From positions 86,746 to 150,745 of the forward strand of contig CAVZUV010000008.1 in NCBI GenBank assembly GCA_963778575.1: 64,000 nucleotides of DNA, read 5' to 3'. A program made the translations under genes and the position numbers. Positions 36,672 through 46,283 of the stretch are shown here, piece after piece. Source of the stretch: an uncultured delta proteobacterium. GTDB taxonomy: Bacteria; Desulfobacterota; Desulfobacteria; Desulfobacterales; UBA11574. The notes beneath the pieces are model-generated. The model ran no database searches. It was not told where the DNA came from and saw nothing but the letters and a program-made list of their open reading frames with translations. Positions within the stretch are counted from its first letter, which is position 1. Each line of letters begins with the position of its first letter.

Positions 36672-37058
36672 ATGTTTGAAGACAAAAAAAAGCCTATAAA
36701 GATCCTTTTTGTGGATGATGAAAAAGGGTTTGTGGACGTCATATCCAAAAGAATGTCCAAACGAAACATTGAAGTTACCAAAGCCTACAGCGGCAAAGAT
36801 GCGTTGCAGGCTTTGAGGAAGACGGATTTTGATGCGGTGGTTCTGGATCTGAAGATGGAAGATATGGACGGCATCGAAATTTTAAAAATCTTTAAAAAAA
36901 TCGTTCCGGATCTTCCCGTAATTATGCTCACAGGGCACGGGTCCGAAGAAGCGGCCAGAGACGGTTTACGGCTCGGGGCCTCGGATTACCTGACAAAACC
37001 ATGTGAATTTGAGGAACTCATTGTAAAAATAAAAGATGTTGTTTCATCCGGGAGGTGA
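36672..37058 (+). CDS. single-domain response regulator
   Basis: ILFVDDEKG ... AVVLDLKMEDMDG ... LTKP. Confidence 0.9.
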   Translation: MFEDKKKPIKILFVDDEKGFVDVISKRMSKRNIEVTKAYSGKDALQALRKTDFDAVVLDLKMEDMDGIEILKIFKKIVPDLPVIMLTGHGSEEAARDGLRLGASDYLTKPCEFEELIVKIKDVVSSGR

Positions 37059-37507
37059 CGAAATTGGAAGCCTTGAAAGTTCTTTTTGTAGATGACGAAA
37101 TCGATTTTTTGGAAACACTGATGAAGCGCATGAAAAAGCGCGGCGTGGATGTCGCAGGGGTCGGAAGCGGCGAAGAGGCACTCGATTATTTGAACATGCA
37201 TCGGGCAGATGTGGTTGTGCTGGATGTCAGAATGCGGGGTATCGGGGGAATAAATGCGTTAAAGGAGATAAAGAAAATAGATCCTTTGATGGAAGTCATT
37301 ATGTTAACCGGTCACGCCAGCATAGAAGCGGCCATAGAAGGCATGGAATCGGGTGCTTTTGATTATCTTATGAAACCGGCGGATTTTGATGAGCTTTTTT
37401 ACAAGATTCAGGACGCTTTTAAAAAAAGAACCATACAGAAACAAAAAATTGAAAAACTTGGAAATCTCAAACTGACGGATCAAAAGAAAGGAGCGATATC
37501 AACGTGA
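37055..37507 (+). CDS. single-domain response regulator
   Basis: GTG start overlapping the upstream stop by 4 nt. VLFVDDEID ... VVVLDVRMRGIGG ... LMKP. Confidence 0.85.
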   Translation: MTKLEALKVLFVDDEIDFLETLMKRMKKRGVDVAGVGSGEEALDYLNMHRADVVVLDVRMRGIGGINALKEIKKIDPLMEVIMLTGHASIEAAIEGMESGAFDYLMKPADFDELFYKIQDAFKKRTIQKQKIEKLGNLKLTDQKKGAIST

Positions 37508-38803
37508 ACTTTTTAAAACAATGGGGACAATTTATGATGATGGGTGCAAGGGCCCATGCGCGGTGGGAGATTAGTGTATCCAATACCATTTTTAGCGATA
37601 AAAAACGGCTGTTAATTTTAGGCTTGCTGACCATCCCCATTATCTTGGGAGGCATAGCGTTTGCAGACCAGATCGGCGGGGCGTTGCCAAAATTATTGGG
37701 CGGCAAAAAGGCTTACAGTCCTGCGTTTTACAGTACAGGCATATTTGTCGTCTCCATTCTTATCGGACTGGGCGCCGGGCTGATTACCGGATGCATCGGC
37801 GCCGGCGGCGGATTTATCATTGCACCGGCTTTGATGAGCGCCGGCGTTAAAGGCATTTTAGCGGTGGGAACCGACCTATTCCATATTTTTGCAAAGGCCA
37901 TCATGGGAAGCGTCATCCACCGGAAACTTGGGGAATATTTCCGTGGCACTGGCACTGGTCTTTTTAATCGGCGCCATTATAGGCGCTACCGTCGGCGGCG
38001 TCATTAACCGCCTATTATATGCCATCAATCCCGTGCTCAGTGACGCATTTATCACGACCGTTTACTCGGTTATGCTTGGATTCTTGGGAATTTATGCCAT
38101 GACTGATTTTCTCATGGCTAAAAGAGCAGAGCGCAAGGACTTTCATGGCAGGGAGACCCGTGGCAAAAAGGTTGAAGGCGCGGAAATGGGGGGCCTTCCC
38201 AAAAAGCTCCAGGCTGTCAATCTTCCTCCAAAAGTCAAATTCGATTATGATCTTACCCCCGAGGGGAGAAGTATTTCATGGGTCTTTTTGGTCTTAAGCG
38301 GCGGGATGGTCGGATTTGTGGCGGCCATCATGGGCGTTGGCGGCGGCTTTTTGACATTTCCGATTTTTGTTTATGTTCTGGGCGTTTCCTCCATGACTAC
38401 GGTAGGAACCGACATTTTCCAGATTGTGTTCACCGCCGGTTATGCCGCCATCAGCCAGTATGCGATTTACGGATTTATTTTCTACACGCTTGCCATGGGG
38501 ATGCTTTTGGGGTCTTTGGTGGGGATCCAGGTCGGGGCAATTGTGACTAAGGTCGTTCGCGGCATCACGATCCGCGGGTTCTACGCCATGGCGGTCCTCG
38601 CCGGTTTTGTTAACCGGGTCTTTGCACTGCCGGCCAAGCTGGGTGCCATGGATATCATTAAGATATCAAAAGGAACCGGAGCTCTACTGGAAAAAATTGG
38701 AATATGGGCATTTTTCGTCGTAATATTGGGATTCGCGATATGGGTAATCGGCACGTTTTTAATGAATATCCGAGTACTTAAAGGTGGGGAGGCTGAATCA
38801 TGA
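37504..38803 (+). pseudogene. TauE/SafE-like permease paralog interrupted by a 1-nt frameshift in a G4 run (37930..37933)
   Basis: ORFs 37504..38007 and 37889..38803 together align along the whole of 14805..16085. Frame A reads ..GSVIHRKLG and frame B continues NISVALALVFLIG, where the paralog has HKKLGNVNYRLAIAFVVG. Removing one G restores a single ORF. Confidence 0.7.
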
Positions 38804-39486
38804 TAGAAAAAAAGAAAGAATTTTTTGGCGGCCTGGCATTGTTAATCGGATTTGCAGTCATATTGATCATCATCTTTTCCCCGATCTTTGAGGGACAAAA
38901 CGGTCTGAAATATTTAGACAACTTATACAATTCCATCTCAAAGGGGTCGGCCTATTACATTCCAAAGGTAAAAAAGGAAATAAATACGTTTGCCGGTACA
39001 TCTGTCAATGTAACCATTGCAATGGCGGACGATGGCCAGGCCCAGCAAACAGCCGCTTTGTTAATGAAAGGCGACGCCCTGGTCAATGTGTCCGGAACCC
39101 AATTGAAGATCGAGGGAGATCTGGCAAAAATCTTATCAAACTGTCTTGCCGATGCCGACAGCATGTACATCAATGACGGGCAAACTGTTGCTGCCAAATA
39201 CGGCTATAACGAAAGGCAGGTCCTGTATAACTGGTGGCAGGCGCTCAAGGCCCTGAATAAGAATTTAACCAAGCAAAAACAGTTCAAAGCAGCCAGTGCC
39301 GTTGATACGGTTGCAACTAAAGCAGTGGAGACTTCTTACAACTACTACCGAATCGAGCCCCAGAAAATATCCGATCGCTTCTTTATTGTCTTCTTTTCTT
39401 TGGTATTTTATGTCATCTATACGCTCTGGTATGGTTTTGCAATTATGTTCATGTTTGAGGGATGGGGTCTGAAGCTGGAACATTAA
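38800..39486 (+). CDS. conserved hypothetical membrane protein, partner of the TauE-like gene (paralog of 16089..16796)
   Basis: 228 aa with the same TM topology and shared blocks (KYGYNERQVLYNWWQALK vs RYGYAGKEVVLQWWLAFK). 4-nt overlap with the upstream gene. Confidence 0.7.
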   Translation: MIEKKKEFFGGLALLIGFAVILIIIFSPIFEGQNGLKYLDNLYNSISKGSAYYIPKVKKEINTFAGTSVNVTIAMADDGQAQQTAALLMKGDALVNVSGTQLKIEGDLAKILSNCLADADSMYINDGQTVAAKYGYNERQVLYNWWQALKALNKNLTKQKQFKAASAVDTVATKAVETSYNYYRIEPQKISDRFFIVFFSLVFYVIYTLWYGFAIMFMFEGWGLKLEH

Positions 39487-39530
39487 CCCGAATATTTCAG
39501 AGTTAAGAGGATTGACGTTTGTCCGTTGAA

Positions 39531-39577
39531 AAGGCTGAAACCAAAAGGGACGTTGCCTTGCTTTCGGCCTTTTTTTC
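39531..39577 (+). terminator. rho-independent terminator
   Basis: AAGGCTGAAA-21 nt loop-TTTCGGCCTT followed by TTTTTTT. Confidence 0.65.
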
Positions 39578-39592
39578 AAGTAGTTTATAAAT

Positions 39593-39608
39593 TGCATGGT
39601 ACCATGCA
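39593..39608. promoter_or_regulatory. perfect 16-bp palindrome, candidate operator
   Basis: TGCATGGTACCATGCA lies 15 nt upstream of a TATAAT hexamer (39623..39628) and 72 nt upstream of the ATG at 39680. Confidence 0.4.
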
Positions 39609-39679
39609 GGGAGAATTCGTCTTATAATGCTTCTGAATAAAATTAGAAGTATCCATCTGAAACTCCGGAACTTGAAATT

Positions 39680-42280
39680 ATGGGCGTACTGTTAGACCAA
39701 TTTAAAAAGCTTTTTATTAAAAAGCCGGAACCTGCAGCAGGTGATGTCGAACAACTCCGCATTGAGTTCAAGGAGCGGTATCACAGTTTCAAGCTCCTGC
39801 TGAATGCCAATAACAGAGCGCTTGAGATTATGGCCGATATGGAGCGGGCGCTTGAGGGCGGACAACCCTTTGGCATGGCCTTTGTCCGGGCAAGTTGCAC
39901 GGCGATTTCCGTCAATATCTTTAATATGGTAAAAAATATGGAAAAGCTCGCCCAGGACAAATACGGGGAACTTGATGTCCGGTTTAACGATATTCAGCAA
40001 AAGATTGATAAGTTGCTTTCACAGAAGAAATCGATGAAAGATGAAAAGCTCGTAATACCCATGGATGCTGTGAATAAGGAGATGAGCGATTTTGTAGGGA
40101 ACAAGATGGCCAATCTCGGGGAAATAAAAAATAAACTTCAGATCAGGATTCCCACGGGATTTGTCATTACTTCGGCAGCCTATGAAAGGTTTATCAAAGA
40201 AAATGACTTGCAGGCGGAAATTGACCGGCGCATTCAATCCGCTGATGTGGATAATATAGAAAGGCTTTATACCCTGAGTTCAGAAATTCAGCAGCTTATT
40301 ATCCAATCCAGAGTGCCGGATGATCTGGCCGATGCCGTTAGGCAGGCCTATCAGAAACTCGAATCAGACACAAAAGGTAAAATAGCTTTGGCTTTAAGGA
40401 GCAGTGCTTTAGGAGAAGATACGCGGGACAGCTCATTTGCCGGCCAGTATCGGAGTGAACTGAACGTCGGTTTTGACAGCATATTCCAGGCATACAAGGA
40501 GATTCTGGCGAGCAAGTATTCATTTCAGGCCGTTACCTACCGGTTGAACAGGGGATTTAAGGATGAAGATATTTCCATGTGCGTGGGATGCATGTGCATG
40601 GTGGATGCCGTAGCAGGTGGTGTCATCTATACTCGCAACCCCGTTGACATGGCCGATGATTCGATTTTTATCAATTCCGCATGGGGGTTGCCCAAGTCGG
40701 TTGTCGACGGCAGTGATGCCTGCGATCTTTTTGTTGTTTCAAAAAAACCCCCCAGAGAGATTATCCGTAAAACTATAAACACCAAGGAGATAAAATTTGT
40801 CTGCCTGCCGGAAGAGGGGGTTTGCCGTATGGAGTTGACCGGAGATAAAAAGGATCTGGCCTCCATTGATGATAAGAAGGCATTGGATCTGTCGGAACTT
40901 GCGGCTAAAATTGAAGAATACTATGCAACACCCCAGGACATTGAATGGGCCGTTGCCGAGGATGGCTCTGATTATATCCTGCAATGCCGGCCTTTAAAGC
41001 AAACGGAGACGTTGGAGACGAATCTTTCTGAACCCGCATTTAAGACAGCACAAGATGCCATCATTGTCAAGGGAGGAATCACCGCAAGTCCGGGTACAGC
41101 CAGCGGGAAAGTCTATCTGGTGGACAAGGGGATAGATATCCTGCGGTTTCCTCAAGGGGCGATATTGGTTACCCGGCAGCCACTTCCAATATGGGCCTCA
41201 CTGTTAAATCGATCGGCTGCTGTTGTAACGGAGCAGGGCGGCTTTGCCGGGCATCTCGCCAGCGTGGCACGAGAGTTCGGTGTCCCTGCGCTCTTTGGAG
41301 TGGCCGGTGCTGTAAATCGATTGAATCATGGCGATCTGGTCACCGTTGATGCCGACACCCTGACCATTTATAAAGGAGAAATCGAGTCGTTACCGGTAAA
41401 ATCCGGGCCAAAGATAAACCTTATGCAAGGCAGCCCGGTTTATGAAACCTTGAAACAGGTGAGCAGCCTTATCATTCCTTTAAACTTGCTCGACCCGGAT
41501 TCTCCTTATTTTAGTGCGGCCAACTGCAAAACTTTCCATGATATGACCCGGTTTGTCCATGAAAAAGCAGTATATGAGATGTTCAATTTTGGTAAGGCGC
41601 ATAAATTTTCAGAAAAATCGAGCAAACAACTTTTTTATAATGTCCCCATGCAGTGGTGGATTTTGAATTTGGACGACGGATTCAAGGAAGATGCGGTCGG
41701 CAGGTATGTGAAGCTGGAAAATATCGCCTCGATCCCGATGCTGTCTTTCTGGAAAGGATTCAGCGCCGTTCCCTGGGAAGGCCCGCCGGCAATTGACGGC
41801 AAGGGTTTTGCGTCAGTTATATTTCAATCGACGGTAAATCGGAATTTAATCCCCGGTCTTCGTTCAGCCTATGCCGCCCGTAATTATTTTATGATCTCCA
41901 AAAATTATTGCAGCTTAAGTTCGAGGTTGGGGTATCATTTTTCCATCCTGGAGGCGCTGGTCAGTGAACGCGTAACGGAAAATTACATCAGTTTCCAATT
42001 TAAAGGGGGTGCGGCAGACCATCAGCGACGACTCGGAAGGGTTCATTTTATTGCAGGAACACTTAAAAAAGAGGGCTTCAGAGTAGATGTAAGAGAAGAC
42101 AATCTCATTGCGCGGGTGGAAGGCCATGACATGGCGTACATGAAAAAACGTCTCGAAATTCTGGGTTATCTGACGCTTCATACCCGGCAGCTCGATATGA
42201 TCATGAGTAACAGCGCCGCACTGAACCATTATCAGCAAAAAATCGAAAAAGACATCCGGAACATCCTCGATTCAGAATAA
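39680..42280 (+). CDS. PEP-utilising-enzyme family phosphotransferase (PPDK_N ATP-grasp plus mobile His domain) with non-canonical N- and C-terminal regions
   Basis: 866 aa. VGNKMANLGE and LALRSSALGEDT..SFAGQY (ATP-grasp). GTASGKVYLV...VVTEQGGFAGHLASVAREFGVPALFG (swivel His domain). The last ~300 aa do not look like a PEP/pyruvate TIM barrel. Confidence 0.7.
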   Translation: MGVLLDQFKKLFIKKPEPAAGDVEQLRIEFKERYHSFKLLLNANNRALEIMADMERALEGGQPFGMAFVRASCTAISVNIFNMVKNMEKLAQDKYGELDVRFNDIQQKIDKLLSQKKSMKDEKLVIPMDAVNKEMSDFVGNKMANLGEIKNKLQIRIPTGFVITSAAYERFIKENDLQAEIDRRIQSADVDNIERLYTLSSEIQQLIIQSRVPDDLADAVRQAYQKLESDTKGKIALALRSSALGEDTRDSSFAGQYRSELNVGFDSIFQAYKEILASKYSFQAVTYRLNRGFKDEDISMCVGCMCMVDAVAGGVIYTRNPVDMADDSIFINSAWGLPKSVVDGSDACDLFVVSKKPPREIIRKTINTKEIKFVCLPEEGVCRMELTGDKKDLASIDDKKALDLSELAAKIEEYYATPQDIEWAVAEDGSDYILQCRPLKQTETLETNLSEPAFKTAQDAIIVKGGITASPGTASGKVYLVDKGIDILRFPQGAILVTRQPLPIWASLLNRSAAVVTEQGGFAGHLASVAREFGVPALFGVAGAVNRLNHGDLVTVDADTLTIYKGEIESLPVKSGPKINLMQGSPVYETLKQVSSLIIPLNLLDPDSPYFSAANCKTFHDMTRFVHEKAVYEMFNFGKAHKFSEKSSKQLFYNVPMQWWILNLDDGFKEDAVGRYVKLENIASIPMLSFWKGFSAVPWEGPPAIDGKGFASVIFQSTVNRNLIPGLRSAYAARNYFMISKNYCSLSSRLGYHFSILEALVSERVTENYISFQFKGGAADHQRRLGRVHFIAGTLKKEGFRVDVREDNLIARVEGHDMAYMKKRLEILGYLTLHTRQLDMIMSNSAALNHYQQKIEKDIRNILDSE

Positions 42281-42321
42281 ACAAGTAGAAAACAGAGATT
42301 TTAAAACAGGAGGTGCATCAA

Positions 42322-43710
42322 ATGAGATGGTGCAATATATGTGCAACGTTGCTCACCGTGATCATGCTTTGTCTCCCTCAAATTTCGTTTGCCGCAATGA
42401 ATAATGAGGATATGTTGAACAAGCTCAATGAACTCAGCATCATTATTCAGAAACAGCAGCAGGAAATCGAAATGCTGAAACAGGAGCTGAAAAATCAAAA
42501 GGAATCCATCGACAAGGTAAAAGAAACGCAAAAGGAAGAAGTGACCAAAACCGTAAAGGCAGAACCCAAAGAAACATCCCAACAGTGGAGCGAGAAAATT
42601 CCCAAATGGATTAGAGATACCAAAGTGTCCGGCGACCTGAGACTTCGCTATGAAGGCATCTACAACCGTGAAGAGGAACAGACGGACGGATCCATTAAAG
42701 ATATTCCAAACCGCGACAGATTCCGAATCCGGGCAAGACTCTTTTTCGACAGCCATATCAGTGATGAAATAGCTACCCAGATCATGCTTTCCACCGACCA
42801 GGATACCAATCGGGAGGCACCGACCAGCAACCAGAGTCTTACCGATGATTTCAATGACAAGGGCATTTATCTTGCCCGGGCGTTTGCGGTCTATACGCCC
42901 AATTGGTTGAAGAAACTTGCACTTGCCGGCGGTAAATTCAAAAATACGTTTTTGCACACCGACATTATGTGGGATCCTGATGTAAATCCCGAAGGTGCCT
43001 ATGAATATTACCAGTATCCGGGCTGGGCGGATTTCAAACCGTTTGTACAGTTGGGCCAGATGGTGGTCAACGAGGTCGCGGACCAAACAGACGACGCGGC
43101 TCTTTTTATTTATCAAGCCGGATTCGACTGGACCATAGGGAAGTTAGAATGGATCCTGGCCGGCAGCTATTATGATTGGACCAACCTTGAAAATTCAAAA
43201 TACCTCCATGATGCGAACTATAAAACCGGGGGGGGCAACTCGTTTGTTCTCGATGCCAATGGGAATTTGCAGTATGCTTATGACTACAATCTATGGGAAG
43301 GTATCTCATACGTTAATTTCAAACTGGGAGCCATTCCTACAACACTGATTTTCGACTATATCGTCAACACCGCCGATAATGTTCCCAGCGGCCAGGATAC
43401 CGCCTACTATATTGGATTTGATCTGGGTGAGTCAAAAACAAAAGGGGACTGGTCAATCGGGTATAAATACGCCCGAATTGAAAGAGACGCTGTTATCGGC
43501 TCGATGAATGACCAGGATTTTTACGGCGCAAACCGAAAAGGGCATAAAGTGAAACTTAAATATATGGTGCTGGACCGGTTGAGATTCGATGTCGCCTACT
43601 TTTATACCGATCCTGTCACTGACTGGGATCCTTCCGACGTTACCTTCAGCAAAAACAAACAAAGGGAGCATGAAGACCGGGTCCAGACGGATTTAATTTT
43701 TAATTTTTAA
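42322..43710 (+). CDS. outer-membrane porin-like beta-barrel with N-terminal coiled coil
   Basis: Signal peptide (LLTVIMLCLPQISFAA), a coiled coil (QQQEIEMLKQELKNQKESIDKVKE) and alternating beta-strand patterns ending ..VQTDLIFNF. ATG 42322 is preferred over GTG 42313 because of its spacing from the GGAGG RBS. Confidence 0.65.
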   Translation: MRWCNICATLLTVIMLCLPQISFAAMNNEDMLNKLNELSIIIQKQQQEIEMLKQELKNQKESIDKVKETQKEEVTKTVKAEPKETSQQWSEKIPKWIRDTKVSGDLRLRYEGIYNREEEQTDGSIKDIPNRDRFRIRARLFFDSHISDEIATQIMLSTDQDTNREAPTSNQSLTDDFNDKGIYLARAFAVYTPNWLKKLALAGGKFKNTFLHTDIMWDPDVNPEGAYEYYQYPGWADFKPFVQLGQMVVNEVADQTDDAALFIYQAGFDWTIGKLEWILAGSYYDWTNLENSKYLHDANYKTGGGNSFVLDANGNLQYAYDYNLWEGISYVNFKLGAIPTTLIFDYIVNTADNVPSGQDTAYYIGFDLGESKTKGDWSIGYKYARIERDAVIGSMNDQDFYGANRKGHKVKLKYMVLDRLRFDVAYFYTDPVTDWDPSDVTFSKNKQREHEDRVQTDLIFNF

Positions 43711-43776
43711 CGAAGGTTTCGATATCCGGTTTTAAAACAAGATCCCAAAAATAGATCTTTCGGCACTGGCTAAAAA

Positions 43777-44268
43777 ATGAAAATCAAAATCATAGATAAT
43801 TTAAAGGAAGGGACACAGCCGCTGGGTGATTCCGAAGCCGGTAAAGTTGCGGCGTTGATCCGGCAAAATACTCAGGATATCCATCAAGGCGAGTATCGTC
43901 CGGAAGATCTTGAAAGACTGGTGGCTTTTGCAACGCCCGAAAAAATACAGGAAGAGATGGACAGAGGTTATCTCGCCATGCTGTTCAACGAAGAGGAAGA
44001 TCTCATCGGCTGTGCGTTTGTGGTTCGAAGAGGAATGAAACTTGTCATAAAAACACTGCATATCAAAAGGATTTACTCCAGAAAAGGCTATGGGTCGCTT
44101 CTGTATGAGCAGTGTGAAAATTTGTTCAGACACATGGGAATGAAGGAGGTAGAAGTAGAAGTCCCCAAATTTCCTTCATCGGAAGCTTTCTATCAAAGCC
44201 GCGGATTTGTAAAAACCGGAAATCCGACCCAGAAAGATCTGCGGTTTGCCATGTTCAAATATATTTGA
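43777..44268 (+). CDS. GNAT-family N-acetyltransferase
   Basis: 163 aa with LHIKRIYSRKGYGSLLYEQCENLFRHMG, the acetyl-CoA binding motif A region. Confidence 0.7.
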   Translation: MKIKIIDNLKEGTQPLGDSEAGKVAALIRQNTQDIHQGEYRPEDLERLVAFATPEKIQEEMDRGYLAMLFNEEEDLIGCAFVVRRGMKLVIKTLHIKRIYSRKGYGSLLYEQCENLFRHMGMKEVEVEVPKFPSSEAFYQSRGFVKTGNPTQKDLRFAMFKYI

Positions 44269-44279
44269 TACATCTTCTT

Positions 44280-46283
44280 CTAATTCAACACCAAATCGAT
44301 GACCTCTTCCAATTCATTGATTTCGATGATCTGAATATCTTTTTTAATATCCTCGGAGATATCCTTGATGTCCGAATTGTTTCTGGCCGGGAAAACCACG
44401 GATTTGACACCGGCCCGGTGCGCGGCCAGGACCTTTTCCTTGACGCCGCCCACAGGCAGAATCCTTCCGCTTAACGTCAACTCGCCGGTCAGCGCGACGT
44501 TCCTTTTGCAGGAACGGTTCGTTATCAGGCTGATGAGCGCTACGGCGATGGTCACGCCGGCGGACGGACCGTCTTTAGGGATCGCGCCGGCAGGCACATG
44601 GATGTGAATGTCATGGGTTTCGAATAGGCTGTCCGGGATATTGAAAGCATCAGCGTGGCTTCGAATATAACTCATCGCCGCGTGAGCCGATTCCTTCATC
44701 ACGTCTCCCAATGACCCGGTGAGAATAAGATTGCCTTTTCCTTTCATTTTGGCGGCTTCAATAAAGATGATCTGGCCTCCGGCTTCCGTCCATGCCAGTC
44801 CGGTGGCCACGCCCACCCTTTCTCTGGCTTCTGCAATCTCGAAATAAAACTTTTGAGGGCCTAAAAAATCTTCCACCATTTCCGGCGTTAGATGGGTCGC
44901 TCCGTCTTTATACGCCCCGCGCAATGTTTCACGGGCGATTTTACGGCAAATGGATGCAATCTGACGTTTGAGATTTCTCAAACCCGCTTCCCGGGTGTAC
45001 TCCCGGATGATCTTATGGATGGTCTCCGGCGTGAAAACCGGCGGGTTTTCGGTGAGCCCCGCTTCTTCGATTTCTCTGGGGATTAAATATCGGGTTGCGA
45101 TTTTTGCTTTTTCTTCTTCCGTATACCCCAACAGGGTAATCACCTCCAGGCGGTCCAGCAGGGGGCCCGGAATAAGATCCAGGGCATTTGCAGTGGCGAT
45201 GAACATCACACGAGACAGGTCAAAGGGAACATCCAGGTAATGATCCGTAAAATGCGTATTCTGTTCGGGATCAAGAACCTCCAGCAAGGCCGCGGCCGGA
45301 TCCCCTTTAAAATCACCGCCGATTTTGTCGATTTCATCGAGCATAATCACGGGATTCTTTGTTTCCGCACGGCGTATTTCCTGAATAATTCTTCCCGGCA
45401 ACGCACCGACATAGCTTTTACGGTGCCCTCTTATTTCAGCCTCATCCTTCATGCCGGCCAGAGATATGCGAACAAATTTTCGTTCCAAACTCCTGGCAAT
45501 CGACATGCCCAGCGATGTTTTTCCGGTGCCGGGAGGGCCGGCAAAACAGAGTACCGGTCCTTTGGGCTCTAAACGAACTTTTTTCTTATACAATGCTTTT
45601 TGGATGGTTGAACGGATTTCATCGAGCCTTAACGGTTTGGTCAGATAATGGTATGATCCTTTTTTCATCGCCTCAATGGCCGTTGATACGGTGGCATACC
45701 CTGTGATGATAATCACTTCGGTACTTGGGTTGACCGCTTTGGCTTTTTCCAGAACCGTCATGCCGTCGACTTTTCCCATTTTGAGATCCGTGACGATAAC
45801 ATCAAAGGCACTTTTTTCCAGAAAATCCAACGCCTCTACACCATCGGAAGCGGTATTGACGTGATAGCCGTCTTTTTTAAAAACATGTTCCAGATTCTGG
45901 CGGGTAATTTTTTCATCATCCACCACCAGTATCTTGTGTTGGCCCGACATCTTGAGAATCCTGACGGAAAGATGCTCCAAAATGCGGTCTTTTATGTTGG
46001 CCAGTCCAAAATGATCTTCATCGAGGATGGATTCGGCCCGTTTAATATCGAGGTTGTCATTGGTCATTTTGTTCCAGGGCAGACTCAACAGATAATCGAT
46101 ATAGTTGATGCCGATGGTATATTCAGTGCTTGAAGGGGAGGTTTTGGTCAGCCGCTCGAGTTCTTTGTGGACGACTTTTTCTACCGGTTCGGGCATTTTG
46201 GCCCTTTGTACGTCTTCTTTAAGTTCATTGAGTTCCGACGGCAGTTCCTTCATTTGTCCTTTTTCCTTCTTAAATATTCGCAT
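44280..46283 (-). CDS. lon: Lon-type ATP-dependent protease lacking the N-terminal substrate domain and carrying an inserted receiver (REC) domain
   Basis: 667 aa. Lon linker LDEDHFGLANIKDRILEHLSV, then REC (ILVVDDEKITRQNLE...VIVTDLKMGKVDG...LTKP), then Walker A GPPGTGKTS, and the protease motif PKDGPSAGVTIAVAL. Confidence 0.85.
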   Translation of the reverse strand: MRIFKKEKGQMKELPSELNELKEDVQRAKMPEPVEKVVHKELERLTKTSPSSTEYTIGINYIDYLLSLPWNKMTNDNLDIKRAESILDEDHFGLANIKDRILEHLSVRILKMSGQHKILVVDDEKITRQNLEHVFKKDGYHVNTASDGVEALDFLEKSAFDVIVTDLKMGKVDGMTVLEKAKAVNPSTEVIIITGYATVSTAIEAMKKGSYHYLTKPLRLDEIRSTIQKALYKKKVRLEPKGPVLCFAGPPGTGKTSLGMSIARSLERKFVRISLAGMKDEAEIRGHRKSYVGALPGRIIQEIRRAETKNPVIMLDEIDKIGGDFKGDPAAALLEVLDPEQNTHFTDHYLDVPFDLSRVMFIATANALDLIPGPLLDRLEVITLLGYTEEEKAKIATRYLIPREIEEAGLTENPPVFTPETIHKIIREYTREAGLRNLKRQIASICRKIARETLRGAYKDGATHLTPEMVEDFLGPQKFYFEIAEARERVGVATGLAWTEAGGQIIFIEAAKMKGKGNLILTGSLGDVMKESAHAAMSYIRSHADAFNIPDSLFETHDIHIHVPAGAIPKDGPSAGVTIAVALISLITNRSCKRNVALTGELTLSGRILPVGGVKEKVLAAHRAGVKSVVFPARNNSDIKDISEDIKKDIQIIEINELEEVIDLVLN

